From: Octopus sinensis
Lineage: Eukaryota
DNA length: 64,000 nucleotides
Reading direction: 5' to 3'
Assembly: GCF_006345805.1 (NCBI RefSeq)
Contig: NC_043018.1
Span: forward strand, 12,028,001 to 12,092,000
The notes beneath the pieces are model-generated. The model saw nothing but the letters and a program-made list of their open reading frames with translations, was not told the DNA's origin and made no database searches. Position numbers and translations under genes: made by a program. The first letter of the stretch is position 1, and the number at the start of each line of letters is the position of its first letter. This document shows, one piece after another, positions 38,101 to 50,593 of this stretch.

Positions 38101-38980
38101 ATATAAAAAAAAGGAAATGAAGAAAATGCTGACAAAATAATTTAAGTAAGGGAGAGTGTATTTAATTAGGTGAAAGTTCTTTTTACCGGTTGCGCATTTG
38201 TTATGCTTATCAAAAGATATTTTAGAACTATAAATATTGAAAATTGTACCCACACACGCACACATATATACACCGCGCACCCCAACATACATATAAACAC
38301 ACACACACACACGCGCGCACACATACATACATATAGCTCTTCCTGTCCTAAAGGAACTTACTTATCCAGCTCAAATTCAGTCAAGCGGAAAATACACTCC
38401 TTAACTACGAGCTAAAAAGCTATTTAAAATATCCACATGACGTCTACTGACCAGCCTGAACAATAAGAATTTTCAACAACGCTATTTTCGAAAACTCCAT
38501 ACACCACCCACACCAACATTCATTTTAAACATTCACATGACCTCTCTATTATGACCACATCCACGTGACCTCTTTATTATGACCAATAAGAAATTTTAGG
38601 CGCGACACTAGCCAAATTTTAACATCTCTGGAGCCTATTTTCTTACCCCAACACCAACTTCCATTCAAACATTCACGTGACCCCTTTATAATGACCAATC
38701 AAAATTGTATTGACCATTTCCACAAGAAATTTTAGGCGCGAAACCAAGCAAATCTTAAACAACTCTGGAGTCTCTTTTTTCACATATAAGAGACAGCAAA
38801 CCCAACATAAAGTCAGATAAGAGAAAAAAATCTATCAGAAAGGAACTCTATCTCTCTTAAAAAAATATCTTTTGATAAGCATAACAAATGCGCAACCGGT
38901 AAAAAGAACTTTCACCTAATTAAATACACTCTCCCTTACTTAAATTATTTTGTCAGCATTTTCTTCATTTCCTTTTATAT
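38101..38980. mobile_element. Non-coding element with ~115-bp perfect terminal inverted repeats (MITE/fold-back)
   Basis: 38109-38223 is the reverse complement of 38862-38976; internal direct repeats; TA-rich flanks. Confidence 0.8.
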
Positions 38981-39651
38981 ATATATATATAACTATATAC
39001 AAACACATTCATCTACATATATATATACCCATAGATGTATACATATATAAATATACATATATATATATATATTATATACACATATATACTTTTCCACATA
39101 TACACATATATACACACACATACACACATATATACATAGATATATACACCAACACACACATATATACATACATGTACATACACATATATATACATAGATA
39201 TATACACAATTCCCAATGTGTATATATATCTATGTGTATGTATGTGTGTGTATATGTATATATGTGTATGTATGTATACAAATATGTATATATACATATT
39301 TTGTTCATTGTTTTTGTTCTTTTATGGTACTTGTGATGTATCCGAATAGTGAACGCTCATTCTCTTAAACATAGGTATTTGGAATCAGTATTTTGCAATC
39401 TGGCAGTCATTTTACATGGAATTTCATCTGTCTTTTGAACCAAAATTCTGAAGAGACTTTTACACATCGATATGAATTATTTATAAATCAAATAATGTTT
39501 ATAAGTCAAAACAAGTTGTTGGCTTTTGGGGGATTTTTAATAATTTTTATGTTGTTTTATCATATATTATATTATAATATAAATAAATTGTTAGATTGTG
39601 TAGATTGTGAATTATATTTCTCTAGTTAATTTATTCTTCATATATATATCA

Positions 39652-39698
<47 letters not shown>

Positions 39699-39710
39699 CA
39701 TATATATATA

Positions 39711-39915
39711 GTTAATCCAAACAAGAAAGCACAAAAAAACACAACAACGCGAGGACGTGGAACAAATATAGTATAATTGGACGCTCAGGAAAGAAGGAAA
39801 GAAGGAGGGTTTAACGTTTCGAGCGGAACTCTTCGTCGGAAACATAGGAGAAGGAAAGATCCAGAGAAGGGAAGACAGAGGGAAAAAAATCGCCAACAGT
39901 GCACACGAGGTCACA
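39711..39915 (-). mobile_element. Penelope-type terminal repeat with minimal hammerhead (39809-39843, U4C core)
   Basis: Minus strand GUUU-CCGACGA-A-GAGU-UCC-GCUC-GAAAC-GUU-AAAC; flanked by (TA)n. Confidence 0.75.
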
Positions 39916-39929
39916 TTTTGAAAGCATGT

Positions 39930-40185
39930 ATATATACATATATATACATGTATATATATATATAATATATATTATATATATATTATATATATAGATATAT
40001 ATATATATACATATATATATAACATATATATTAGACATATATATATATACATATATATAATACATATTTATATATACATTATTATATATACATTATATAT
40101 AGATATACAATATATATTATATATTACACATATATATATATTATTATAATATATATATATATATATACATATATATACATATATA

Positions 40186-40224
<39 letters not shown>

Positions 40225-40226
40225 TA

Positions 40227-40263
<37 letters not shown>

Positions 40264-40415
40264 TATATACATATATATATATATATTATATACATATATA
40301 TATTATATATATATATATATATATTATATATATGTATATAATAATATATACATATATATGTATATAATATATATATATATATATGTATATATATATTATA
40401 TTTATATATATATAT

Positions 40416-40476
<61 letters not shown>
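39930..40476. repeat. Long imperfect (TA)n microsatellite
   Basis: Direct reading of the sequence. Confidence 0.95.
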
Positions 40477-41400
40477 ACGGGAAGGTTTACGAAAATAAAA
40501 CAAAAGACGAAGGCAGGTGGAGTCGAACAAAAAGGTATTAGTATGGCGTCAGGGAATAGATAAAACAATCTTTTACGTTTCGAGCCTATGCTCTTCAACA
40601 GAAAGATACACAGAAAAGAAACAAGGAGAGAAAAAAATTGTGTGTAGGGGCTAACGATCCAACATGGCATTCTGATTTCAGAAGTCAGAGATCAAAGGTC
40701 AAACAGAGGTCAGACGTTAGACACTAGAGGGATAGTAGGAGAGATGACAGGGTCAAGAGACCTCGCTCCAACCTGAAGGTGCGTGTGTGCATAAGAGAGT
40801 ATGTATGTGCATGTGGAAGAGGGCTGGTGGTTTGGACGTGTGTGTGTATGTATGATGTGATGTGTAATGTCGTATGGTGTAGTGTAATGTAGTGTGGGGG
40901 AGAGTGAGAGGGGGACAAAAGAGAGGGGAGGAGGGGGAGGGGGGAGGAGAAGGAAGGAGAGGAGAAGAAGAGAAGGAGGAGGGGAGGAGAAAGGAGAGGA
41001 GAAAAAGGAAGGGGAAAAGGAGAAGGGAGGGGAGAAGGAGAGGAGGGGAGAGGAAGAGGAAGGGAGAGGGAGAGGAGGAGGAAGGGAGAGGGAGAGGAGG
41101 AGGAGGGGAGAGAAGGGGAATGAGGGAGCAGAGGGAAAGAGAGAGGGGGAAGAGGGAAGAAGAAAGAAGAAGAGGGAAGAAGGGAAGAGGAGGGAAAGAG
41201 AGTAGGGGTGAAAAGATGAAGGACTGAAGAGAAGTAGGAGTCAGGGGGTAGATGAAAAGGCGGGGAGAGTTGAGACCAAATGGCGTAAAAGAGCGAAGAG
41301 AGAAGATTAATCCCTGTTCACGGCACAAACGGGAATCTGGATGACCTCTGTGCAAGGACAATCCGAACACAGATAGGTGTTCCAAGGAGTGACCAGTGGA
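40477..41400 (-). mobile_element. Penelope-like element 3' end: GIY-YIG C-terminus, CT-rich tract, hammerhead-containing terminal repeat
   Basis: EHLSVFGL..RLCREQGLIFSLRSFTPFGLN matches the PLE GIY-YIG R..RE..LI..L....P.GLN motif. HHR motif at 40568-40607. Confidence 0.8.
40568..40607 (-). ncRNA. Minimal type I hammerhead ribozyme, A6U core variant
   Basis: AUCUUU-CUGUUGA-A-GAGC-AUAG-GCUC-GAAAC-GUA-AAAGAU: perfect 6-bp stem I and 4-bp stem II. Confidence 0.7.
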
Positions 41401-41424
41401 GCATACATATAAATATATATATAC

Positions 41425-43006
41425 AACTTGGATGAGATGCAGTTTGGTTTCATGCCAGGGAAATGCACCACTGATGCCATATTTCTGGTGAGACAGCTGC
41501 AGGAGAAATACCTAGCCAAAGATAAACCTCTGTACTTGGCTTTTGATGACATTGAGAAAGCCTCTGACAGGGTCCCCCGATCCCTTATCTAGTGGTCAAT
41601 GAGGAAACTAGGAATAGATGAATGGTTAGTGAGAGCTGTACGAGCCATGTACAGGGACACTGTTAGTAAGGTGAGGGTTGGCAACGAGTACAGTGAAGAA
41701 TTCTGAGTAGAGGTTGGGGTCCACCAAGGTTCAGTCCTCAGCCCCCTCCTATTTATCATAGTCCTCCAAGCAATAACGGAGGAATTCAAGACAGGATGCC
41801 CCTAGGAGCTCCTCTATGCTGATGACCTTGCCCTAATTGCTGAGTCACTATCAGAACTGGAGGAGAGGTTTCAGATGTGGAAGCAAGGATTAGAATCGAA
41901 GGACCTTAGAGTCAACCTAGCTAAAACCAAAGTTCTAATAAGTAGGAAGGTAGACAAATTACAAACACCTTCAGGTAGATGGCCCTGCTCAATCTGTAGA
42001 AAAGGCATAGGTAGAAACTCTATAAGATGCACCAAGTGTAAGCTACGGACACATAAGAGGTACAGCAATATCAAAGGAAGGCTAACTAGGAAAATAGTTT
42101 TTGTCTGTGGCAGATGCTCAGGAGCAATAAACACTGAAAATACGCAGAGACCATCTTCCACCACATTCCAGGGAGAAAAACTAGAAATAGTTGATAGCTT
42201 CCGTTACCTAGGTGACCAAATCAGTAGCGGGGGCGGGTGTGCTGAAAGTGTAACTGCTAGAGTAAGAATAGCCTGGGCAAAGTTCAGAGAGCTCTTACCT
42301 CTGCTGGTGACAAAAGGCCTCTCGTTCAGAGTAAAAGGTAGATTGTATGACGCATGTGTACGAACAGCTATGCTACATGGCAGTGAAACATGGGCCGTGA
42401 CTGCTGAGGATATGCGTAAGCTCACAAGAAATGAAGCCAGTATGTTCCGATGGATGTGTAATGTCAGTGTTCATACTCGGGACCTAAGAAGCATCAGTTG
42501 TGGTGTGCAAGAGAGACATTTGCGCTGGTATGGTCATGTGGGGCCATAATCCCATGCCCTCTACCTGGGATGTAGCCAGCCCACTTATGCGTTCTTTTCC
42601 TTCTTGGGACACAAAACTCCACTTGTGAAGACCTGTGAAAATCAAAATCGTAATCTATCAACATCAGTGGAATTTGTAGCTGTGATACCAGTGCCGGTAG
42701 TACATAAGAGAACCATTCGAACGTGGCCGTAGCCAGCGCCGCCCTGACTGACTTCCGTGCCGGTGGCACGTAAAAAGCACCATCCGATCGTGGCCGTTTT
42801 CCAGCCTCGTCTGGCACCTGTGCCGGTGGCATGTAAAAAGCACGCACTACACTCACAGAGTTCTTGGCGTTAGGAAGGGCATCCAGCTGTAGAAACACTG
42901 CCAGATCAGACTGGGCCTGGTGCAGCCTTCTGGCCTCCCAGACCCCAGTTGAACCATCCAACCCATGCTAGCATGGAAAGCGGACGTTAAACGATGATGA
43001 TGATGA
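41425..43006 (+). mobile_element. RTE-clade LINE, 5'-truncated
   Basis: MQFGFMPG, GVHQGSVLSPLLF, LYADDL; ORF 41875-42549 with Cys-rich finger and HGSETW..LRWYGHV; 3' UTR and (ATG)n tail. Confidence 0.93.
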
Positions 43007-43027
43007 TATATATATTTATATATATAT

Positions 43028-43508
43028 TGGGGTCGACTAGAAATGCTAAAACTTTATTCTCTCCAACGTCGCCGTGAGCGCTACATCATCTGCATGATGT
43101 GGAAAATATTCCATCAGCATTGCCCAAATTATGTTGGCATCACCTTTAAGGTACATCCAAGGCTTGGGCCCCGTGCCATCCGCCCAAAACAAAAATCGCA
43201 CTCTCATCTCATAACAACAATACGGCACAATTATTTCACCTCAATTGGCCCCGCTCTCTTTAACATTACACCAAAACACATTAAAACAGAAACAGACCCT
43301 ATCAGGTTCAAGAAGTCTTTGGACAAATTCCTTCAAGAAATCCCGGATAAACCCCCTACACCCGGATATGTCTCTGTAAACAATAACTCTCTACTTGAGT
43401 GGGCCATAGTGCCCAAATTCTGACTTGAAAGACTTCACCAGGTGGTGCTATTAAGTTAGACATGGCCTGGGCCAATAATGGCCGAAACCTATCAAAGTAT
43501 CAAAGTAT
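43028..43508 (+). mobile_element. CR1/L2-group LINE 3' end (second family) with short tandem tail (tatcaaag)
   Basis: ORF 43043-43423: LKLYSLQRRRERYII..WKI..GPALFN..P..FKKSLDKFL..IPDKP..NNSL. Confidence 0.85.
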
Positions 43509-43537
43509 ATATGCATATATATATATATATACATATA

Positions 43538-43596
<59 letters not shown>

Positions 43597-43625
43597 TATA
43601 TATATATAATACATATATATATATA

Positions 43626-43656
<31 letters not shown>

Positions 43657-43657
<1 letters not shown>

Positions 43658-43850
43658 CATCATCATCATCATCATCGTTTAGCGTCCGTTTTCCATGCTA
43701 GCATGGGTTGGACGGGTCAACTGGGGTCTGTGAAGCTGGAAGGCTTCGTCAGGCCCAGTCAGATCTGGCAGTGTTTCTACGGCTGGATGCCCTTCCTAAT
43801 GCCAACCACTCCGCGAGTGTAGTGGGTGTTTTTTACGTGCCACCTGCACA
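43657..43850 (-). mobile_element. RTE LINE 3' UTR fragment
   Basis: (CAT)n plus the reverse complement of the RTE terminus; near-identical to 37140-37343. Confidence 0.85.
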
Positions 43851-43873
43851 TATATATATATATATATTACATA

Positions 43874-43935
<62 letters not shown>

Positions 43936-43964
43936 ATATATATATATATTATTATATATATTAT

Positions 43965-44010
<46 letters not shown>

Positions 44011-44123
44011 TACATACATATATACATACAAAAACATATATATGCTTGCTGCTGACCGGCGCGGAGAGGAGTAAAAACGTCTTTATACTTCAGCAATCAA
44101 TGGCTATATATATATATATATAT

Positions 44124-44179
<56 letters not shown>

Positions 44180-44331
44180 TGTATATATATGTATATATAT
44201 ATATATATCTATATATTATATATATATATAATATATATGTATGTATGTATATATATATATATCTATAATATATATATATATATATATATATACATATCTA
44301 TATATATAATATATATGTATATGTATATATA

Positions 44332-44364
<33 letters not shown>

Positions 44365-44390
44365 AATATGTGTGTGTGTATATATGTGTG

Positions 44391-44435
<45 letters not shown>

Positions 44436-44445
44436 ATATATATAC
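43851..44445. repeat. Long imperfect (TA)n microsatellite with a short unique insert at about 44040-44105
   Basis: Direct reading of the sequence. Confidence 0.9.
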
Positions 44446-45039
44446 ATTACAATGGACTTCCATACATCTTCTAATATGTCAACTTGGGGGCTGTAATTGA
44501 AAACACTTTCCCAAAGTGTTACGCAGTGGTACTGAACCAAAAAGCACATGATTGCAAAGCCAACTTCTCAACTACATTACTATGCAATTAGTCATTGGTT
44601 ATTTAGTCTTCTGTGTACTTTATCAATATCTATATGGGGGAGATTTTGTTGATATTTCTAGCAAAACTTTAAGTTGTTGAATTGTGTGTGTTTATTTGTC
44701 CTTGGTGACATATGACAACTTAAATATTCATGTGTTGAACAAAGAAAATATCTATAGGGAAAATATGTAGGTGCAACAAGTTTGAAGAAGCAATTAAATA
44801 TCACTTTTCCTCTTGAATCAAAAGAGGAATATGCAAATAGAAAATTTAACAAAGAGAATCGAAAATAATACAGAAATGATTGTTGCATTAACAGAGATAG
44901 TCCAACCAGATTGACCAGTATTTTGACAAGTAAGCACGAAAGTTTCTATATGGTTGTTCAACCTGCTAATAGAAACAGCAACCAACTCTCTCTCAGACCA
45001 ATTACTGAGTGAATAACGTAATCTTACATATACATTATG

Positions 45040-47320
45040 TCGGCTTGAATATCTTTCCTTATCGGTCCATCTTCCCCATGGCGATAGACCATCTAAGGCT
45101 AAATATAAAACTAAACAAAAAACATTTCAATAGTAGCAGCTCTCCTACTACTATTCCTACTTCTACGAGTGCTATGTGAACAATGACGGCCTCCATTATC
45201 GTAGCCAAATGTAGCTCAAACTCAAATTACTTGGTCTCATGTTTTTCTTCAGTTTGTAACCAGCTTCCAGCTTCCTAGAACCACAGAGAGCAGTAACATA
45301 CAAACAATAAACAGCAGGGATGACGACACAAGATTCCCCTCTTGATGCTGATTTGTCTCCAATCTGATGTTAAAACTATCTTCCAGCTCCTCATGCTGAT
45401 TAAATAAATAAATCATAATTTTAGCTACTGCAACCCTCTCCAACCATTTTAGAATCCATGAGTGAGGAACCATATCACATGCTTTCTTGTTACCAATCCT
45501 GGCCATTGATAAGGTTGTCAACCTTCTCCGACAGTCCTTTGAAATTGCCTTATTTATCAGCAGCTGATCCTTTGTTCCTCATGATCCCTTACTGCAATCA
45601 GTTCATTTCTTTTAATTGGTCTTACAATTTCTTACCCATTATTTCAGTTAGACGCTTCCACACCCTAGGTAAACAGGCAGGTGGATGATAGTTACTGTCT
45701 ATGGAACTCTTGGCTCAGTCCTTTTGAATCATCACAGTTCTTCTTTTGACCATTCTTTCTGCTACAATTCCTTGGTGTACACAGCCTTGCAGGAGCTTCT
45801 GTAATTTAGGATGTAAATTCATCCATCAAAACTTTGAATCCAAAACCTTGAACTGGCTCCAGGCCAGATGCCTTCCAATTTTTTATTTTACCAACTTCAG
45901 TTCATACATCTTCCAATGTGATGGTAACATCCATACCATTGAATTCCACTTATTGAAGTCAGGATTCCTTGTTGTTGTGTTTGATAACCTCTGACAAGAC
46001 CCTACTCCAAAATGAAGTTGTTTCTTTGGGATCAGGTATTTCTGCCTTTTCCTTATCTCCTCCTCCGTCCAGAACCTTGTGAAACAGCTTCTGATTTGTT
46101 CTAAACAGTTGATTTTGTTCGACCTGGACGCATCTTTCCTCTTTTCATCCTAACTCCACTTCATTTCATCTTTTGTCTTAATATATCTCATATAAACAGA
46201 CTGCTCTCTTTTCCATTGAACTTCATATTTCCTCTGCCTTACTTCCTCAATCTTACTTAATGCTTTCCACCATATATTAATGCTTTCTTTTATCTTCCTT
46301 TTCTAACATGGTTCTTTGTTTCTATGTACTTTCTACACATTCCCATATTTTCTGTGATGACATAAGCAATGGCATACATCAAGGAATTGAACTCACTAAT
46401 GTCCTTAATTGGAATTCTCATCATAACTTCATTCACTTTCCTGGGGCTTTCCCTTCATCTGATTTCAATGATGGTGACCTTTTCCTTTCCTCAAGGAACA
46501 TCACTTCTAGAATTCTGTCCTGAAGAGCAGCTAGTTCTTGGCTAATTTCTTCCAGTGACTTTTTAGTTTGAGGAACAGTAATGTCTTCTAAAGATGGTAG
46601 ACTTCATCCCTCCATGCCCAAACTCTCTAGATTCTCCTGTTTCATAGGTACTTCTTCTGAATCAGTAGTCTCCTGTAGTTCCTTTCACACTTCCATTATA
46701 ATCTCCTCTTGTTCTGTCTTTTTTAACCAACTTTTGATCTTAATTTGTCCAATCTGATCAGCCAGTCTTTGTTCACTGGCATCCTTCACCTCATCATGTG
46801 GATATTTTTTCCAGAGCTCTACTGACCCTTTTTTCTCTGGCTCACTCATAATGTAACAAACAATTTGTTGTTTTCTTTTGTCCATTTCAATCTCCTTCAC
46901 TGCTGTGGGTCTACAGTAGCTTCATTACAACTGGACCTGCACTGCTGTTCCACAAGACACTTGCTGGATGTGATACCTTCACTAAAAGCTCCAGCCTTGT
47001 GGATGCCATTAGGATTATTTCCATTGTTGACATTTCTCTGATAAATGGTGTTTGTTTTAATATTACCACCGACCAGTTGTTAAAAGCCAAGACTTTCAAG
47101 AAGTCTGTCCGAATGCTTTCAAGGGAAACGATTATTCTGTGTTGGTTGCTGCCATCAGTATTTATTCTTGCAGTCAATAAAGACTCATGTAGTCGACTCT
47201 AGTGACTTCATCCACCCTTTAACAGGTTTTGCTTTTTGTTATGCAGTGTCCAACAAAAGCCACTTTCTTTATCAGGCAAGAGCTTCGTTGGGTTACTGGT
47301 TTAGTCATCAACAGCCTCAA
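45040..47320 (-). mobile_element. R4/Dong-clade non-LTR retrotransposon, degenerate
   Basis: N-terminal CY..S.P...SEQRLADQ...W motif, QNQLFRTNQKLF, NY.P..CLP.VWK.LT, NKKACDMVPHSWI (R4-type RT motif). Confidence 0.8.
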
Positions 47321-47704
47321 CATAAAACAGGTTGTACTTGATTACGTGTTACCAACAACACTAAAAGTGACCTGACATATTATTTACATTTATTTATACA
47401 AATAACAATGCCACCATCGCCACCAACCACCACCAACATTATTACTATCACAACGACCAATAGCAATGCTATTTTTTTCCTTGAGCCCTTCTGGCCATTA
47501 AAAGAAATCATTACTATTATCACCACAATAACCATTATTGTTATTATCCTTTCTTTTTTCTTTCTATTCTTTCTTCAATTTTATATATTTCCCCAAACAC
47601 TAGGGTATTTCAGATTTTGCCTAGCCCATTCCTTTAAATACACACACACATATGTAAATATATATATATATATATAATATATATATATATATGTATTATA
47701 TGTA

Positions 47705-47750
<46 letters not shown>

Positions 47751-47795
47751 ATATATAATATATATATACACACACACATACATATATATACATAC

Positions 47796-47860
<65 letters not shown>

Positions 47861-47861
47861 C

Positions 47862-48225
47862 GAGTGGCTATGTGGTAAGTAGCTTGCTTACCAACCACAT
47901 GGCACTTTGGGCAAGTATCTTCTTCTATAGCCTCGGGCCGACCAAAGCCTTGTGGGTGGATTTGGTAGACGGAAACTGGAAGAAGCCCATCGTATATATG
48001 TATATATATATATGTATGTATATGTTTGTGTGTCTGTGTTTGTCCCCCCACCATTGCTTGACAACCGATGGTGGTGTGTTTACGTCCCGTAACTAAGCGG
48101 TTCAGCTAAAGAGACTGATAGAATAAGTACTAGGCTTACAAAGAATAAGTCCTGGGGTCAATTTACTCAACTAGAAGGCGGTGCTCCAGCATGGCCGCAG
48201 TCAAATGACTGAAACAAGTAAAAGA
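47862..48225 (+). mobile_element. tRNA-derived SINE, family A (internal deletion in head)
   Basis: Matches the 59841 copy. Confidence 0.85.
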
Positions 48226-48238
48226 GTATATATATACA

Positions 48239-48277
<39 letters not shown>

Positions 48278-48882
48278 TATATATATATACATATACATAC
48301 ATCATATATATATATATACATATACATATACATATACATATATATATACATATACATATATATATATATATACATATATATCTCTATTTATAAAACTGAA
48401 ATGTGAAAAGTTTGTTTGTTTGTTTGTCTGGTTTTGGCATTGAGAACGGGTTAAAGGCCACTAGATCCCGTTGGATTGACTCCAAAATTTACAGGGACAT
48501 GTAAAATGAGGTGACGATGCCAGTGAGCTAGGTTAAAAATCTCTATCTTAAAAGGTGTTGTTGCTAGGGCCAAAAACGCAATTTGACAAGTCGACTCTCA
48601 TTCTTTTATGTATCTGTCTTCCTCCGTCACTCACTCTCTTTCCTCCCTTCCCATCACTTTCTATATATAACATCGTTTAATGCCGTCTAAATACCTTACC
48701 TTCCCTTTTTTCTTTATAACGTCGTGTCACGGCGTTCTGTATCTCCTCCGTCCCCGCCTTCGACAGCGCTTTCACACTCTCTCTCTCACTCTATGTCTGT
48801 CTGCATTCATAGACAGAATTATCATCGTCACCACACAATCATGAGAACAAATATTATGAATCAGCTATTTATTGGGTTAATT

Positions 48883-48915
<33 letters not shown>

Positions 48916-49269
48916 TCTATATATAAATATGTATATATAATGTATATATACAAAGTGTATATATCTGTATTTATGTATATTAAACTTTTTAATACTTTTT
49001 GATAGTTATATATATTTTTTTTAAATTTTAATATAAATTAATAATTTTTATTTTAAATTTAAATTTTTCAATTTTATATTTTATATATATTTTGTATATT
49101 ATATTTTTATTTTTATGTTTTGGTTTATGTTTTTCACTGTTTGATTTGCCTATTAGTGGTTTTATCTCTAATTTAATTTATACACATATATATATAATTT
49201 GTATATATTTGCATATATAATGCGTGCACACACACACACACACGCACATATAAATATATATATATATAT

Positions 49270-49890
49270 ATATAATTTCAACAATTGAGGGTAAAATTAA
49301 TTAATTAATCAATTTCACCAAGTATTCAGTATGCAAAGGGACCAATTAAGGCGAATTCAAATTATTACATTATATAAAAGGGCTTAGTAAAATAAATTAC
49401 TTTGCCGCATACTGAACTCATTAGAAATAGCAGCTAAAAAAAAAAAACTTTTTTAAAGCTATTTCTAATACTTAAAGAAAACCTCTCTCATATAGTGTTT
49501 GCTCAATTCAACTCACGAAAGTATGGGGGTAGAGACATTAAAAATCAAATGCAAAGGTTATTTGAGAACGTACGTTTCAGATCTTCAGAAGTGATAAGAA
49601 GCCGAAAGGGTATGCTCCCACTTTCAGTGTTTTCAAATCCAAACCAGGGAGTTCTGAGCTGATGATAGAAATGTCGAGTTTGACTAATCTTGAAACGTAC
49701 GTTCTCAAATAACCTTTGCATTTGATTTTTAATGTCTCTACCCCCATACTTTCGTGAGTTGAATTGAGCAAACACTATATGAGAGAGGTTTTCTTTAAGT
49801 ATTAGAAATAGCTTTAAAAAAGTTTTTTTTTAGCTGCTATTTCTAATGAGTTCAGTATGCGGCAAAGTAATTTATTTTACTAAGCCCTTT

Positions 49891-49898
<8 letters not shown>
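49270..49898. mobile_element. Inverted pair of Penelope-type repeats (~210-bp near-perfect arms)
   Basis: 49369-49579 is the reverse complement of 49691-49898 apart from an A-run length difference; (TA)n flanks. Confidence 0.88.
49655..49707 (+). ncRNA. Type I hammerhead ribozyme motif at the spacer/arm junction
   Basis: UGAG-CUGAUGA-UAGAAAUGUCGAGUUUGACUAAUCUU-GAAAC-GUAC-GUU-CUCA. Palindromic stem III; U.U at the base of stem II. Confidence 0.7.
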
Positions 49899-49923
<25 letters not shown>

Positions 49924-50593
49924 ATGTGTGCATTATGTGGTCGGTTGAGCTGAAAATATGCACACCTATGTTAAGAGTGCTGGCAAGTTTGCATGACAAC
50001 TATTTTTTTCCTCAAATGAAAGGCGTGACCTCTAGGACAAAATTCCTCATCTTATAAAATGTGGCCCCAGTAGACCCGAATGAAATAGGGTTATATTAAC
50101 CAAAATGTGAAAAGGGGTCTAAATGGGGCTGGAAGGAGATTAAAATTTAAAGGAGCGGGTGTTTAGGAATTCTCAGTTACATCAAGTTCAAAATTTTACG
50201 CCAGCCGTTAAACTGTCAATACGTTGCTGTCCGTCGTTAAGAAATGCCAGCCATGGTGACTCTACTATCCTCACATTCTATCCCTTCAAACTTTGGTTTC
50301 CAATATTTTATTATTTTTATTCAGCTCACAAGTTCGTCTGTCCCTTTTAAATGTTAGTGTTTTGCTGTCTGCCTTGAAGCAGACCTTTCCGTTGTCACTG
50401 CCTGATATTTATGATTGATCTTTCATAATATTTTATTTCTCAACTTACTCAAGATCTTTTGTTGTTTATAAATGGGAGAGAGAGAGATAGATAAAGATAG
50501 AGAGTAAGAGAAAGCGAGGGAGAGTCCGAGAGAAAAGAAAAGTAAGAGAGTGGGAAAGTGAGAGAGAAAGGAGAGAGAAACAAAGAGGGAGAA

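Noticed and set aside
38125-38190. CUGACAA...hairpin...GAAAG-UU-CUU hammerhead-like pattern in the TIR
   Set aside because: G8 is missing and stem I does not pair.
40892-41227. Arg/Glu/Gly-rich ORFs
   Set aside because: Low-complexity GA-rich tract within the PLE 3' region.
43465-43490. ggcc...ggccgaaac resembling hammerhead stem II-GAAA
   Set aside because: No CUGANGA upstream; it is the 3' stem-loop of the CR1/L2-group LINE.
16021-48393. Many ORFs rich in Y/I/C/V/H/T (e.g. 16021-16722, 20639-21298, 38950-39336, 47704-48096)
   Set aside because: They are translations of (TA)n/(CA)n/(TATG)n microsatellites, not genes.
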